The position numbers were made by a program, and so were the translations under genes. The notes under the pieces were generated by a model. The model was not told the DNA's origin. It did not search any database and was given only the letters and a program-made list of their open reading frames with translations. From Mobula hypostoma (Eukaryota), in the NCBI RefSeq assembly GCF_963921235.1, contig NC_086108.1:39682001-39746000 (forward strand): a DNA stretch of 64,000 nucleotides, in the 5' to 3' direction. Shown here in pieces: positions 12,810 through 25,489 of this stretch. Positions within the stretch are counted from its first letter, which is position 1. Every line of letters starts with the position of its first letter.

Positions 12810-13751
12810 CTAGTTTAAATCCACTGGAGCCTCTCTAGCAAACCTACCTGCAAGAATATTTGTCCCCCTTCAGTTCAGATGTAAACCGTCCCGCTGGAAC
12901 AGGTCCCACCTTCCCTGGAAAACTGCTCAATTATCTATAAATCTGAAGCCCTCTCTCCTGCACCATGGCTTCAGCCACGTGTTGATCTGCACTATCTTAC
13001 TATTTCTAAACCCGTCTGCACGTGGCACTAGTAGCAATCCTGAGATTGCTATCCTGGAGGTCCTGTCCTTTAACTTGGCGCCTAACTCCCTAAACTCACC
13101 CTTCAGGACCTCCTCACTTTTTCTACCCACGTCATTGGTCCCTACATGGACTACGACATCCGGCTGCTCACCCTCCCTCTTGCGAATACTGAGAACTCAA
13201 TCCGAGATATTGCGGACCTTGGCACCAGGGAGGCAACAGACCATCCGGGGTTCTTGATCTCTTCCACAGAACCTCTTATCTGTCCCCCTAACTATCGAAA
13301 CCCCTATCACTACTGCTCTCCTCTTTTCCCTCCTTCCCTTCTGAGCTGAGGGTCCAGTCTCAGTGCCAGAGATGCAACCACAGCAACTTGTCCCTGGTAG
13401 GTCATCCCCATCAACAGTATCCAAAATGATATACTTATTTTTGGTGGGAACGGTCACAGGGGTGCTCTGCTCATTCTGTCTTTTCCCCTTCCCTCTCCTG
13501 ACAGTCACCCAGCCACCTGACTCCTGACTCTTAGGGGTGACTATCTCTCTGTAACTCCTGTTTACTTCTGCCTCTGCCTCCTGAATGATCCGAAGTTCAT
13601 CCAGCTCCAGCTCCAGTTCCCTAACTTGGTTTGTCAGGAGCTGCAGCTGGATGTACCTTCTGCAGGTGTAGTCATCAGGGATAATTGTGCTCGCCTTGAC
13701 TTCCCACATCCTGCAAACGGAGCACTCAACTGCCCTAACTGCTGCCTCCAT
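12810..13751 (-). pseudogene. CR1 ORF1 (Cys finger, leucine zipper, SGNH/GDSL-type esterase), frameshifted
   Basis: CSVCRMW...CRRY, LLTNQVRELELELDEL, VVIGVSIVRG (GDS motif decayed), CCLPGAKV, INTWLKPWCRREGFRFIDN; stop at 12810-12812. Confidence 0.85.
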
Positions 13752-16178
13752 TACCTACTCGTAAGGTAATTAAATTAATTAAAGGAACTTACCCGGCCTT
13801 ACCTCACTTGGAGTGAAGCTCGTCCTCAGCCTCTGTTCGCTGAAGCCTCTTGAGCCAAAGCCTCCCTACTCTGTCTGCCTCTACTCCGTTGCCTGCTAAA
13901 AAAAATCAAAGGAGTTGTTTTTCCCCCATTGAGATGTAATTATGAATTTAAGGAGTCCTGACATTGAAACAAGCAGATATTCTGGCACTATTTAGAATTA
14001 CCCTTAGATATTGAAACTATCTGTATTTATTTTATAAAGTATATGTGCAGCCACCAGAGAGGGAAGCTTTCATTCTGTTAATGCAAGGCAAATTTGATCC
14101 AAGAATCGGCAATAAAACCATCTACTCCTCTGCAACATCTGAATCTTCAAGATTACCTTCTTTAAATTCTCACTTATCATATCATGTTTCATCCATTCCT
14201 CTTCTGCATGTTATTCCCAAATTTGAGAAGGGTCACATTAGTTTTGCTCCAGAGCCTTTGAATGCCTGCAATAGCATGTATTGATTTGCTATTGTGCCTT
14301 CTGTCGTCCTCTTGCTCTGTGACTGCCTTGGTGGATTGAGCCGATAGCTTAGTTGAGATTTGTAACCTGTTGTGTGGAATTGTGCACATGAATCGAGCTC
14401 CAGCTGTTCTTCATATACCACCTCACGCAGCCAAAAGATAACGCCAAATATTTCCATATTTATGATATTAACAACATTCCCCTGGCTTGCAAGAGACATA
14501 TCGAGTTTCTCTTAACCTAGCTTTCCAACTTCTGTGATGCATGTGTTTCTCTCAGCCGTCTGGAAGTTATTCAGATCATCCCAAAGCAACTTCAGCTTTC
14601 CCACAGACATGTCTTTTAAGGAAACTTAGCTGTCCTCAGCTAGGGTATCCACTTTGGGGCACACAAAGTCTTTGATTTCCTCCGAAACCCCTCATTCCTT
14701 TGTAGGCTGGGAATTCAGCACCTCAATTTGAATAGAGGTTGGCAGTGTCAATAGGAAGGAGTGAGGGAACTGGAAAAAAAATTAGAAAGGGAAAGATATG
14801 AATAAAAGAATTGACATGGAAAATGACAAAGAAAAATAAGGAAAAGAAAGACAATTTGCTCTCAGACTGAATGAAAGCAGAGAGTAAAGGGTAAAAGTGG
14901 AAGTGAGAAAAGAGGTCTTAAAACGAAAAAGTGTGATTGATAAAGGAGAACAACAGCATGAATCTGAAATTAAAAGAGGAAGTCACAATGCTAATAAATT
15001 ACACATTTCAAACAAATCTTAAGGGTACATCCTTCCTGGCTGATTTGTTTTCGTCTAGTTATATTTGGTCAATTGATAATTATACTACAAGAGAATATGT
15101 AATAATACAGAGGATTTATTTCTGCACACATGTTAGTATTTTGTTAATCTCTATGAGAAAATTAATCTTTACTTCAAATAGATAATAAGAGAATGGCAAA
15201 TAAAAATAACAGCCATATGAAGACTTCCTTCTCACTTCAGTCGCTGCCATTGCACTTGTTTGGTTTGCTATTTGGTACAAATCTGACCTCTTTCAAAAGG
15301 CCCCCCTGCTGCTAAAGTAAGCAACATGACTGATGCAGCGAAAGAAAAAGCAAGGAACACATCCCATGAAGGATACTGCTAACATTAATTTGTAATCCTC
15401 TAGAATATGATTAAACTTTGACCTATATTTTATGATATATATACTCGCGAGAAGGCTCATTATAACCAAATTTATGAACTTTGCCTTAAGAACTAACAGT
15501 TAATGCAATGTAACTGTAACTTCAATTAGGTGATTCCATCAAGGAGACTTCAGCACACAAGAGAAGTCACTTAGCTCAATGTGCTGATTCTAGTAAAATC
15601 TCCAGAGCCATCCCACTTTTATTTATCTATATAAAGATATAGTTTTATCTTTAATGTTATGATTCTATTTCCAAAAGGCATGTGATAACGAATTCTACTG
15701 TATACTCTATCTTATTAGGTCCTTTGCTGTACGTAAGCCTTCTGATTCACCTGCACCAACTTACTTGCTGTTGATCTGCTGGTTACTGGTAAGAATTTTT
15801 ACCTCTTTTTAGGTTGTGCAACTTTAATATTCTGATGCATGTCAGCATTGTAAAATACATGAAACCTCTCTCTCATTCATGCAACTACAGATTAATATTA
15901 AGGGCTATCTTCTGATGAGATCCATTCAGACTGGCCAATAGATAAGCCTATAACTGGGCCAATCCCAAGCACAGCTTCCAGCACCAGAACACGTGCAATG
16001 TACTTGTGAGCTCCTCATGGAGTTTGAGGTGATGGAACCAATTTCCCAGTTCTCACTCTCGAGCATACAATATTTCCTCTGAGCCTGTGTCAGTTTAAAT
16101 TGGCACAAATTCAGTGAGTCCATTGAAGCTAATGGGAGAAATTGTTGACCAGCAGGAAAATAAGTAAGGACTTTCATT

Positions 16179-16388
16179 CAAACAACAGGAATTCTGCAGA
16201 TGCTGGAAATTCAAGCAACACACATCAAAGTTGCTGGTGAACGCAGCAGGCCAAGCAGCATCTATAGGAAGAGGCGCAGTCGACGTTTCAGGCCGAGACC
16301 CTTCGTTCGGCCTGAAACGTCGACTGCGCCTCTTCCTATAGATGCTGCTTGGCCTGCTGCGTTCACCAGCAACTTTGATGTGTGTTGC
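16179..16388. mobile_element. Young Penelope-like pLTR fold-back insertion with 13-bp TSD
   Basis: aaggactttcatt at 16166-16178 and 16389-16401; 16215-16296 is the exact reverse complement of 16307-16388; partial hammerhead core. Confidence 0.9.
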
Positions 16389-17509
16389 AAGGACTTTCAT
16401 TTATTTCATTTCAAATAGTTTTAAATGTGTTGAAGTGTGCATATGGGTTTCAACTTTAACAATCTTCAATGTTATTCACACTCCTTTAAGAGGACCCAAA
16501 TATTATTAATGATGTGAATGTCAATATTCAATTCAATACTGTTGATCACCTTGACAGCTATGAGCCTCACAGGCTGTTGGAGCTGCTCTGTGAGAGCAAA
16601 CAGCTGCTTGTGCTGGCTTGGTCCCTGTGCTGCATTCCATTGTGACCGTGTATTGGGAGCTGGGGTCTCTGCGTAAGACTGCAGTGAAAGACACACTAGA
16701 TAACATCAAATGACCCAAGGACAGACCATCATCATACTGAAGCAGTAAAGAAGCTCCTTCAAACATTATGCATTGTTGGTTATTTTATCATTGTTTTCTG
16801 CTTCAGTCTCAGTTTGGGCTCGGTATAGCATCAGACAAGCCCCAGACTTTCTTCTGTTCTTCAAGTTAACAGAAGGATCACCTAAACTCTCAGATCATAC
16901 AGACTGAAAGACGTGATCCAAATGCTAAATAGTGTTTTTGAAGCTGCACAAAGAAAAGTACTAGCAAAAATTACTGAACCTCCAATGGATAGACTCCCTG
17001 ATTTCCATCCCTTGCCAAAACTATCCTAGAACTTCTTTCCCTCTAAAATCCCCTCACCCCAACATTTTCAACACTCTCACTGAATGGCTCCATCCTCCAA
17101 ATATCATCCCACCTTCCCCCCCCCCACCACCCCCACAACCTTCTGTCTAACCTACATGAAAGCAACATGGGAAGCAGAGCCACTGAGGATTAGAACTGCA
17201 CAGTTAGGATTGGGTGGGGTAGAGCTAGCAGCAAGTTTTGAAGAAGACCGGTAGTGATCGGAAGGTGGCATTGGGTGATTGGAGTTGTATGGGTGAAGGC
17301 AAATGGCAGGTCTCTGGGAAATAGAAAAATGAGGGTATGATTGAGGATTGTAGTGGTTTGTCATCCAGCGAAGAAGGCAAGGATTTAAATTTTTAAAAAA
17401 CTAAATGATACATTTCACTTTATGCTTTGATGTACATACGGCAAATAACTTTAACCTTTAAAAAGGAAAAAGGAGTTGGAGGAAGTAGACAGGATTTAAA
17501 TAAAAAGAA

Positions 17510-18065
17510 GTAGTGGAGTGCTGTTAGCAGTTTTGGACCCTTATCTAAGAAGGGATGTGCTGACATTGGAAAGGGTTCGGAGAAGGTTAACGAGAATGAT
17601 TCTGGGAATGAAAGGGTTATCATATGAGGAGCAATTGATAGCTCTGGGCCTGTACTCACTGGAATTTAGAAGATTTGGGGGGGGGGATCTCATTGAAACC
17701 TATCAAAAGGCTTAGATGAAGTGAATGTGGAGAAAATATTTCATATATTGGGTGACTGTAGGGCTAGAGGACACAGCCTCAAAATAGAGGGACATCCATT
17801 TAGAATGGAGATGAGGAGGAATTTCTTCAGCCAGAGCGTGGTGCATTTGTGGATTTTGTTGGCACAGATGACTGTGGAGGCCAGTTCATTGGATGTATTT
17901 AAGCTGGAGGTTGATAGGTTCTTGATTAGTCAGGGCGTGAATGATTGTGGGAAGAAGGCAGGAGAATGAGGTTGAGAGGGAAAATGTATCAGCCATGATG
18001 AAATGGTGGAGCAGACCTGATGGGCCAAATGGCCTAATTCTGTTCCTGTCTCTATGGTCTTATGC
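17510..18065 (+). mobile_element. CR1 3' fragment
   Basis: GLSYEEQLIALGLYSLEFRR and RGHSLKIEGHPFRMEMRRNFFSQ; CR1 3' UTR. Confidence 0.85.
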
Positions 18066-18559
18066 CTTCACACCACACCACTTAGAGGATGATGGACAAT
18101 GGATATGCCAAGCCAGGTCTCAAATTCATTGGTGCCTGGGTATTTGTTGTCTTGAGACAATAAGGCACCCAGGGCCATTATTTTCCCTGGTGAAGGGAAG
18201 GCAAAGTTTGCAGTCAGTGTCAAGGATTTTGGAAATGGCTGCTGAAATCAGCACTAGAAGTTTGGTCCCATGTTCAGTGCTGTCCAGTGCAGGATGTATT
18301 TTGATAATGTTTTCAACTCAGGAAACAGTGCCACCCTCACCTTATTGGTCAGGTGGGTAACTACTCCAACGACACACCTTATATACCGTTTACTCTTAAT
18401 TTGTCACGTCTCATATCTAAGCATACACATCCCTCTCTCTCCAGATAGTTTCATATCAGCAACTCTGCAGCCACTATCAAGACTTAATTTTATACAATCT
18501 TCCTATTCTTCCTATCAACAGATGTTCTGCATTTCTTAATTCTTTACTTTTGAGATCTG

Positions 18560-19210
18560 GACATTACTGACGAGGAACCTCACCAATTTTCCAATATCCT
18601 TCAGGAGTTGGTGGAGAGCCGCTACCTTGAACTGTTGCAGTCCTCTGGCGAAAGTGTTCCCATGATGCTGTTGGGTAAGGAATTCCAGGATTTAGACCCA
18701 GTGATATCAGAGGAAAGACAATGTATTATCAGATTAGGTTGCGACTTGGAATCTGCAGGTGGCAGTTATTCCCATCAGCTTTCTTGGCGACAGAAGTTGT
18801 GCGTTTGTCACGTGCTCTAAAGTAGTCTAGGTGAGTAAATGCAATGCCTTATGCAGATGGTAAACACGAGAGCCACAATGCGTTAATGATGAGGGAATGA
18901 ATTTTAATGTGCCTGATGAGTTTTCAATAAAGTGGCTTGTCCTGTCCTAGATGGTGTTAAGTTTCTTGAAAGTTATTGGAGTGGCATTCGCTAGGCATGT
19001 TGAGAGTATTCCATCAGACTTCTGACTTGTGCCTTTTCAATGGTGGAAAGGAGTGTTAGAGGATAAGTCATTCATCATAGGATACCCAGCCTGTGATCTG
19101 TGCTTGTATCCTTTGTATTTATGTGCCTGATGCAACTTAAGTTTCTTGTCAATTTTGACCCTCAAAGACATTGATCACAGATGACTTGGTGAAGGTAATG
19201 TTAAATAACA
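18560..19210 (-). mobile_element. Ancient CR1/L2-group LINE remnant
   Basis: Minus strand LSTIEKAQVRSLMEYS, resembling YKAQVRSVMEYS in the RT thumb region. Confidence 0.55.
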
Positions 19211-21243
19211 AGGCATCCATGCTGAACATGGCTTTACTCTCACTCATCAGTCTCTTCCTTCCCTTCTTGCAGCAGAAGATTACATAAGGAATGTAGGAGC
19301 GGCAGCCCTCCATCTAGTAGCAAAGTAATTTCTGATCAAGAGGCAGTGCTGGAAATAGCTGGGATAACAGAAGGTGTAGCTGAAGGAGGGGAGTTGGGGA
19401 TTTTACAATCAGCTGGTGATAAAATTCTATGTCACTCACATGTGCAGTGCTGAAATGGTTGCATAGGACTTCAGCCGCAAGTGAGGCTAGCAAACACTGA
19501 ATGTCACCTTGAACAGGATAATAGGTATCCCAACATTGACTATTTAATGTCTCATTGAGCTGCCCTCTCTGATCAATATCTTAATGTGAACAGTGAGGTG
19601 TGTTGTGACCATTTCTCCTACTGTAACCACAGTGGTTGCACTGCAATGGATCATTTATAAGAAAATGTAAAGATATGCAGCAGGAACAAGGCATGTGCAT
19701 GAATGTCTTACATGTGTTCTGCTGCAAAGGTTTTATTGCTGGTACTTGAAACAAAAATATTTAATTGACTTCACTTCCTTCTCTATGGCCATTGTTGCAT
19801 AAATGATAAACAGGCTTTGAGTGTGACTTTGAAATGGAGAATCAGTTAAGGCAATCGTGAATGGCTGTGAGGCAGCTTTGTGTGGGAGGAAGGAAAAGCA
19901 CAGAGGAGGCAACTGCTGCATCTTGAATGAACCCCACAGTTGTCAATGCGCCTCAGATCCTGAGTAGCTCTGCAACCTGGTTTACATCCTTTCTAGGTTA
20001 CTGCTGCTCTTGCAAAATCTTGTACTTTACTGTTCATCTGTAGCTGCACAAAGGTGTGCAATACACAGCAGGCCACAAATAGTCTTGACATCCTGCAGTC
20101 CACCGAACAGAATATCTTATTCTGGACAAATATCAGAGGAAGAAGTAGATCCTAGTTTGTGTCATTAGGCAGACTTACCAACTCATACAAAAGCAATAAG
20201 ACATTGAAAATTTTATGAACCTATTTAACACCAGTTACTGATTAGTTTCAGGTTTTATTGACTTCTTTATGAAATACATAGATGAATCTGCAATTTCTGT
20301 ATGGTTTCCACAGGGTTCTTTCAAACAAAATTGCCATATAATTGGAACAGCCATTTTGTGAATAATTGTGGTGCACTGAATCACACAAAAACCTTTTTGC
20401 TCAGGAAACCTAGACCACACTTCAGCCAGGCTACTGGCAAGAAGAAAATTCCAATGTCTGTCATTTGTAAGGATCCTAAGTGAAGCTAGTTGGAATAGCT
20501 TTGATCTAGAGTCTAATAGTTAACATCAAACAACTTCAAATCATTAGAAATTGGGAATTTTGCTCTTTATATCATAAGAAGTATGTTTCACACATGGTAT
20601 TGAAAATTTGCATGACATGGGTATTAAATAATACTTAGAAAGCTTTATTTTTAGAAGTGACTCATTTATGCTGGGAGTTTTACCTCATTTACATTCAGTC
20701 TTGATGGAAAAGGAAGGGAATGTACAATTTAATTTTTTTTAAAAACTCAGGAGAGTTCCAGCGACCTCTTTAACCTGGAATCTTAAGTGTTCCACTTTCT
20801 GCATATGCTGCCTGACTAGGTGAGTTTTCCTGTGTTTTATAATATTTTTCCCCAAGTTTTTAGCACTTGGAGTTTTGTTTTGATTTTAATGTGCAGTTCT
20901 TTGACTGGAAGATTGATATAAATAAAATGAATGATGTGGGCAGAGAGTCAATAAATAATAGCATAAAGGAATGTGGAATTCAAAGGAAACCAGAACCAGA
21001 GGATGGAAGGGCATGAGTGAGCCTCGTGGTCACAGGAGGTTCAGATGTTAGAAGACCCAAAGGCAATGATGAATTTGAGGTGCAGGTCATGGACCACAAG
21101 GGAAGTAATTTTACCTTCAGGCTTAGTGACCAAAACTAGATAAAATGTGTTCAGTGTAACTTCTTGCATATCTTTCATTCTGTTTCTTATTTTATTTTTG
21201 GAATGACTGAAGAGAACAGTGAGAAATGGACGTTAATCTACAG

Positions 21244-21323
21244 CAGGGGTTCCCAACCCGGCATCCACAGACCCCTCAGTATTGCTACGGGTCCATAGTT
21301 TAAAAAAAGGCTGGGAACCCCTG
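21244..21323. mobile_element. hAT/Charlie-type MITE (80 bp)
   Basis: TIRs caggggttcccaacc / ggctgggaacccctg; 8-bp TSD atctacag / gtctacag. Confidence 0.85.
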
Positions 21324-22542
21324 GTCTACAGAGACTGGAAGTCCAAAACTCAATTTAACACTGTTAAGCTGCTGGCACAGACTTTAATTTCAAGTTACCT
21401 ACCTTACTGATTGCTTCTGTCATCTATATAGAAGGAATGAAAAGGGAAGATTGCAGGGTACATGGAACAACGGGCGGAGTATGAATGACTGCATCATATA
21501 GAGAGGGAACTTCTGCTCCCATTCTAAGAAGTTCTATTAAAAATTCAATTCAAAACACATTTGGCATTAAACACCACTGAAGCACTCTGATTGCTGAACT
21601 GTTCAAATCTATCTGTATGTCTCTCACTTAATAGTGATCAACATATCAAAGCAGCATCATAACACCAAAGTAAGACATTAATCTCTATATCCAAATGGTC
21701 TATTACCTGTCCGGGACATCTGGTTCTAAAACTATAAAATTGGAGCCTATAAATTTGGAATGGGAATAATCTCTGCACAAATCAGATACAACTGCTGTTG
21801 TAGGGATGTGATTTATTCTTTAAAATAAGCCAAAAGCACATTTATTAAGTGCAAATGTGTTATAAATCCTAAGGTGCTTTCAATTCCACTCACTGTTGTT
21901 AACATTATTTAATTTATTCGATTTCTTTACTCAGTTGTGTCAACTAATGTGGGCAGAATTCCTGAATACTTGCTGTTGAACTAATTTTGAAGTAGTGCTA
22001 CTATTATCATCAGCTGTGGTTGACTTTTAATCATGGTATTTGGGCCTGGACTTTCCACTCAGTTGTGGTATTTTACACAAATGGGGTTAGACATGATTCA
22101 AACTGCTGTGATCTTTTGAATTAACCATAAAAATAGGTCTTGTCCATGGTGGGAACAAGGGAATTGATACATTTACTCTTGCAGGAGTTTCTTGAACCAG
22201 AAATCAGTCTCAAGGTCAGTGATCAAAGTTCAAAAGTTCAAAGTAAATTTATTATCAAAGTACATATATGTCACCATACACAGTGCTGAGATTCATTTTC
22301 TTGTGGGCATACGCAATAAATCCAAAAAAACAACAGAATCAATGGAAGACCGCACCAACAGGGCTGACAATCAGTGTGCAAAAGACAACAAACTATTCAA
22401 GTACACAAAGAAAGAAAAAATTAATAATAACATTAAAAATAAATATACAATAAATATTAAGAACATGCAATGAAGAGTTCTTGAAAGTGAATCCATAGGT
22501 TGTGGGAACAGTTCAGTGATGGGGCAAGTGAAGTTGAATGAA

Positions 22543-22652
22543 GAAACATAGAAAATAGGTGCAGGAGTAGGCCATTCGGCCCTTCGAGCCTGCACCGCCA
22601 TTTATTATGATCATGGCTGATCATCCAACTCAGAACCCTGTAACTGCCTTCT
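22543..22652 (-). mobile_element. Short 3' end of the young CR1 family seen at 4308
   Basis: About 95 nt matching 4321-4416 with one mismatch. Confidence 0.9.
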
Positions 22653-22654
22653 CT

Positions 22655-23985
22655 GCACTGGGAACACCTGACACAGCAGATGACCTTGACAGAATTGCAG
22701 ATGAAATGGTGCCTCACCTGGAAATTCTGTTAAGGGGCCTTAATGGTGTTGAAGGAGGAAGTGGATGGGCAGGTGTAGCAATTGTTTTGCCATCAGGGTT
22801 GAATGCCCTGGAGGGAGATCAGTGGGGAGGGACTGAGGTTAGGTGAGACCACACATAGAGGTCATGGGTTAAAGGTGAAATGTGAAATGTTTAAGGGCAA
22901 CATGAGGGGGAACTTCTTCATTCAGAGGGTGGTTAAAGTGTGGAGTGAGCTGCCAGTGCAAGTAGTGGATACGTGGTTGATTTCAATATTTAAGAGAAAT
23001 TTGGTTAAGTACATGGATGGGAGGAGTATGGAGTGCTCAGGTACAGGTGCAGGTTGATGGACTAGGCAGAGTGATTGTTTAGCATAGATAGGTGGGCCAA
23101 AGGTCCTGTTTCTGTGCTGTAGTGTACTGTGACTCTATGATAAGTAGACAACGGAATCATGGAGAAACAATCCCTGTGGAAAGTGAAGAGTGTGAGGGAG
23201 GTAAAGATGTGCTTCATGGGAGGATCCCATTGAAGATGGCAGAAGTTGCAGAGAATAACATACTGGATGCAAAGGCCCATGGGGTGGTGGGTAAGGACAA
23301 GAGGAACTCTGTTTCTGTTGGGGGGGGCAGGAAGATCAGGTGAGGGTGGATATCCAGGAAATGGATGAGATGCAGGTGAGTGCAGCATCAATGTTTGAGG
23401 AAGGGAAATGCTGTTCTTTGAAGAAGGAGGACTTCTCAGATGTTCTCAAAAGGAAAGCCTCATCCTGGGATCAGATGTGGTGAAGACTAAGGAACTGAGA
23501 AAAGTGAAAGGCATTTTTACAAGTGACTCGATGGGAAGAGGTATAGTCAAGATACCTGTGAGAATCAGTGATGGAGACCAACAGATCATGAAAGGATTGA
23601 GTGGTGTCAGAAATGGACCGAGTATATTTAAGAACAGGATTGAAGTTAGAGACAAAGTTGATGAAATTGACAAACTCAGCATAGGAGCATGAAACAGCAC
23701 CAATGTAGTTGTCAATGTAGTGCAGAAAGACTTGGGGAGCATTACTAGTGAAGGCTTGGAACATAGACTGTTCATGTAGCCAATGAAAAGGCAGGCATAG
23801 CTGGGGCCCATGCATGCAGGTGCCCATGGCTACATCTTGGGTTTGGAGAAAGTGGGAGGGGTCAAAAGAGAAATTGTTGAGTGTGAGAACCAGTTTTGCC
23901 AGACGGCGGAGATGGTGGTGGAAGGGAACTGGTTAGGTCTGTTGTGTAGAAAGAAGTGGAGAGCTATAAGTCCTTCCTGATGGGT
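22655..23985 (-). mobile_element. Penelope-like element internal fragment (RT, linker, start of GIY-YIG), interrupted by a + strand CR1 3' end at about 22843-23145
   Basis: MGPSYACLFIGY, FLHYIDNYIG (YIDD-like), RVPLVLTHHP, HFICNSVKVICCVRCSQC. Confidence 0.85.
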
Positions 23986-24029
23986 TTTTAGAACTGTGCA
24001 CACAAACAATATGTGTCACAGTGGGCTGA

Positions 24030-24932
24030 GATTATACCTGTCCCCAATTGTTGTGAAGGAAGGATCATACTATTAATGCATTGAACTATACTGCACTGCG
24101 TATCATTCAAAGAAAACTTTCTTCAGGGAAACATTTTTGATCAAAATTTCATCAAGCCTGAGTCAACACAGAATGCCCTGTGAAAGAAGGACATGACAGA
24201 TCCTGGGATAGTTTCCTGAGCAGATGGTAAAAGTTACTTGGAAGAATCTCTCATTGCCAGAACTCCCAAGCAAGAACCAGGACCTTGCTTGGCTAGCAGT
24301 TAGATAGCCCCATTCTATCAGACCCTCCCCGTGCATTTGGAGTCTCACTGACACTGCACACTGTTCTTGAGATGGCTTTAGTGCATATCAGTCTACCTCC
24401 TGAGGCACTACAAGTTGCTAAGAAGTTCTGGAAAGGTAAGCAGTGGTCTTTGCTGTGGTTTGCCCCAAGCACCAACATAACAAAAGACTCTGTTCTTTGT
24501 GGGCTGTTAAAAGGGACACAAACATGAACTGCTATTGGAAGACGATCAACTGGGTGAAAAATACACTTGGGCATGCCTGATGTGTTAGTCTTGAAGTGTA
24601 AGGAGATATCTATGTGGGTGCTGCCAGCTGGTACATTCCAAGGTGAAGGAGTACGTGCTGGGGGACACACTGAAATTCAGTATAACAACTGCAACGGCTT
24701 ATGGGAAAGGACCACAGTCCACAGTCTTGCTGCCTCTGAACACTGAGGGTCTGGATTCTGTGTAGCAGCTTCTCAAATGCTCATACGTGCATCGCTTAGG
24801 GAGGAAACATGGGTGGCACTGATACCTTTAAAGATAATGTATTGAACTGATGGTACAATGAATCTAGAGAAAGATATGTTCCAAATGTATTTACAATGCA
24901 TATTATGAATAAAGTATACTTTTGAAATAAAA
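24030..24932 (+). mobile_element. Tx1/L1-clade LINE 3' fragment
   Basis: FPEQMVKVTWKNLSLPELPSKNQDLAWLAVR, AKKFWK, NCYWKTINWVK, HSKVKEYVLGDTLK; AATAAA and A-rich end. Confidence 0.75.
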
Positions 24933-25489
24933 AGCTAATTTGTGAAGTTGCCAGATAGGATAATTTTCATAGGATAGATGTTGTATTGCCACTGTTCAAA
25001 AATAAAAGACAATATGATTTATAATGTGCCAAAGCGCAAAGTGATTATGTCAGCAGCCATTTACAGCCCAGTAATTTTCCACAAGCAAAGAATGAATGGC
25101 CTAAATTTTGAAGTATATTATTAGGGGAGAGTTGTTTACATGATTCACTGTTTTGCATTGAATCAGCCCACTGAATCTCTAACGCCAGTCTGACAAAGCT
25201 GGTATTGGAGAGGGTCCAGAGGAGGTTTACAAGAATGAAAGCGTTAACATCTGAGGAGTGCTTGATGGCTCTGGGCTTGTACTCACTGAAGTTTATAAGA
25301 ATGAAGGGGAACTTATTTAAACTTACTGAATATTGAAAGGCCTACATAGAGTAGACATGGAGAGGATATTTCCAATTGTGAGCAAGTCTAAGACCAGAGG
25401 GCACAGCCTCTGAATAAAAGAACATCCCTTTAGAACAGAGATGAGGAGGAACCACTTTTACCAGATATCGTCTTCATTGACAGTTTCAA

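Larger units (their letters stand above)
9815..13897 (-). mobile_element. Near-full-length CR1 LINE, disrupted
   Basis: 5' UTR, ORF1, APE endonuclease (VVAISET, VYYRPP, IVGDFNFP), RT ([15 protein letters not shown]), 3' (TTATATGG)-like tail. Confidence 0.95.

Noticed and set aside
4408..13751. Bacterial retron, group II intron or DGR interpretation of the RT ORFs
   Set aside because: Motifs, APE endonuclease and 3' tails identify them as eukaryotic non-LTR retrotransposons
16095..16418. Repeated 'protein' ATHIKVAGERSRPSSIYRKRRSRRF on both strands and at 51066-51623
   Set aside because: Translation artefact of the non-coding PLE pLTR palindrome
15210..16760. Exon-like plus-strand pieces (PYEDFLLTSVAAIALVW..., YEPHRLLELLCESKQLL...)
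   Set aside because: Weak acceptors, stops or frameshifts, and no consistent gene model
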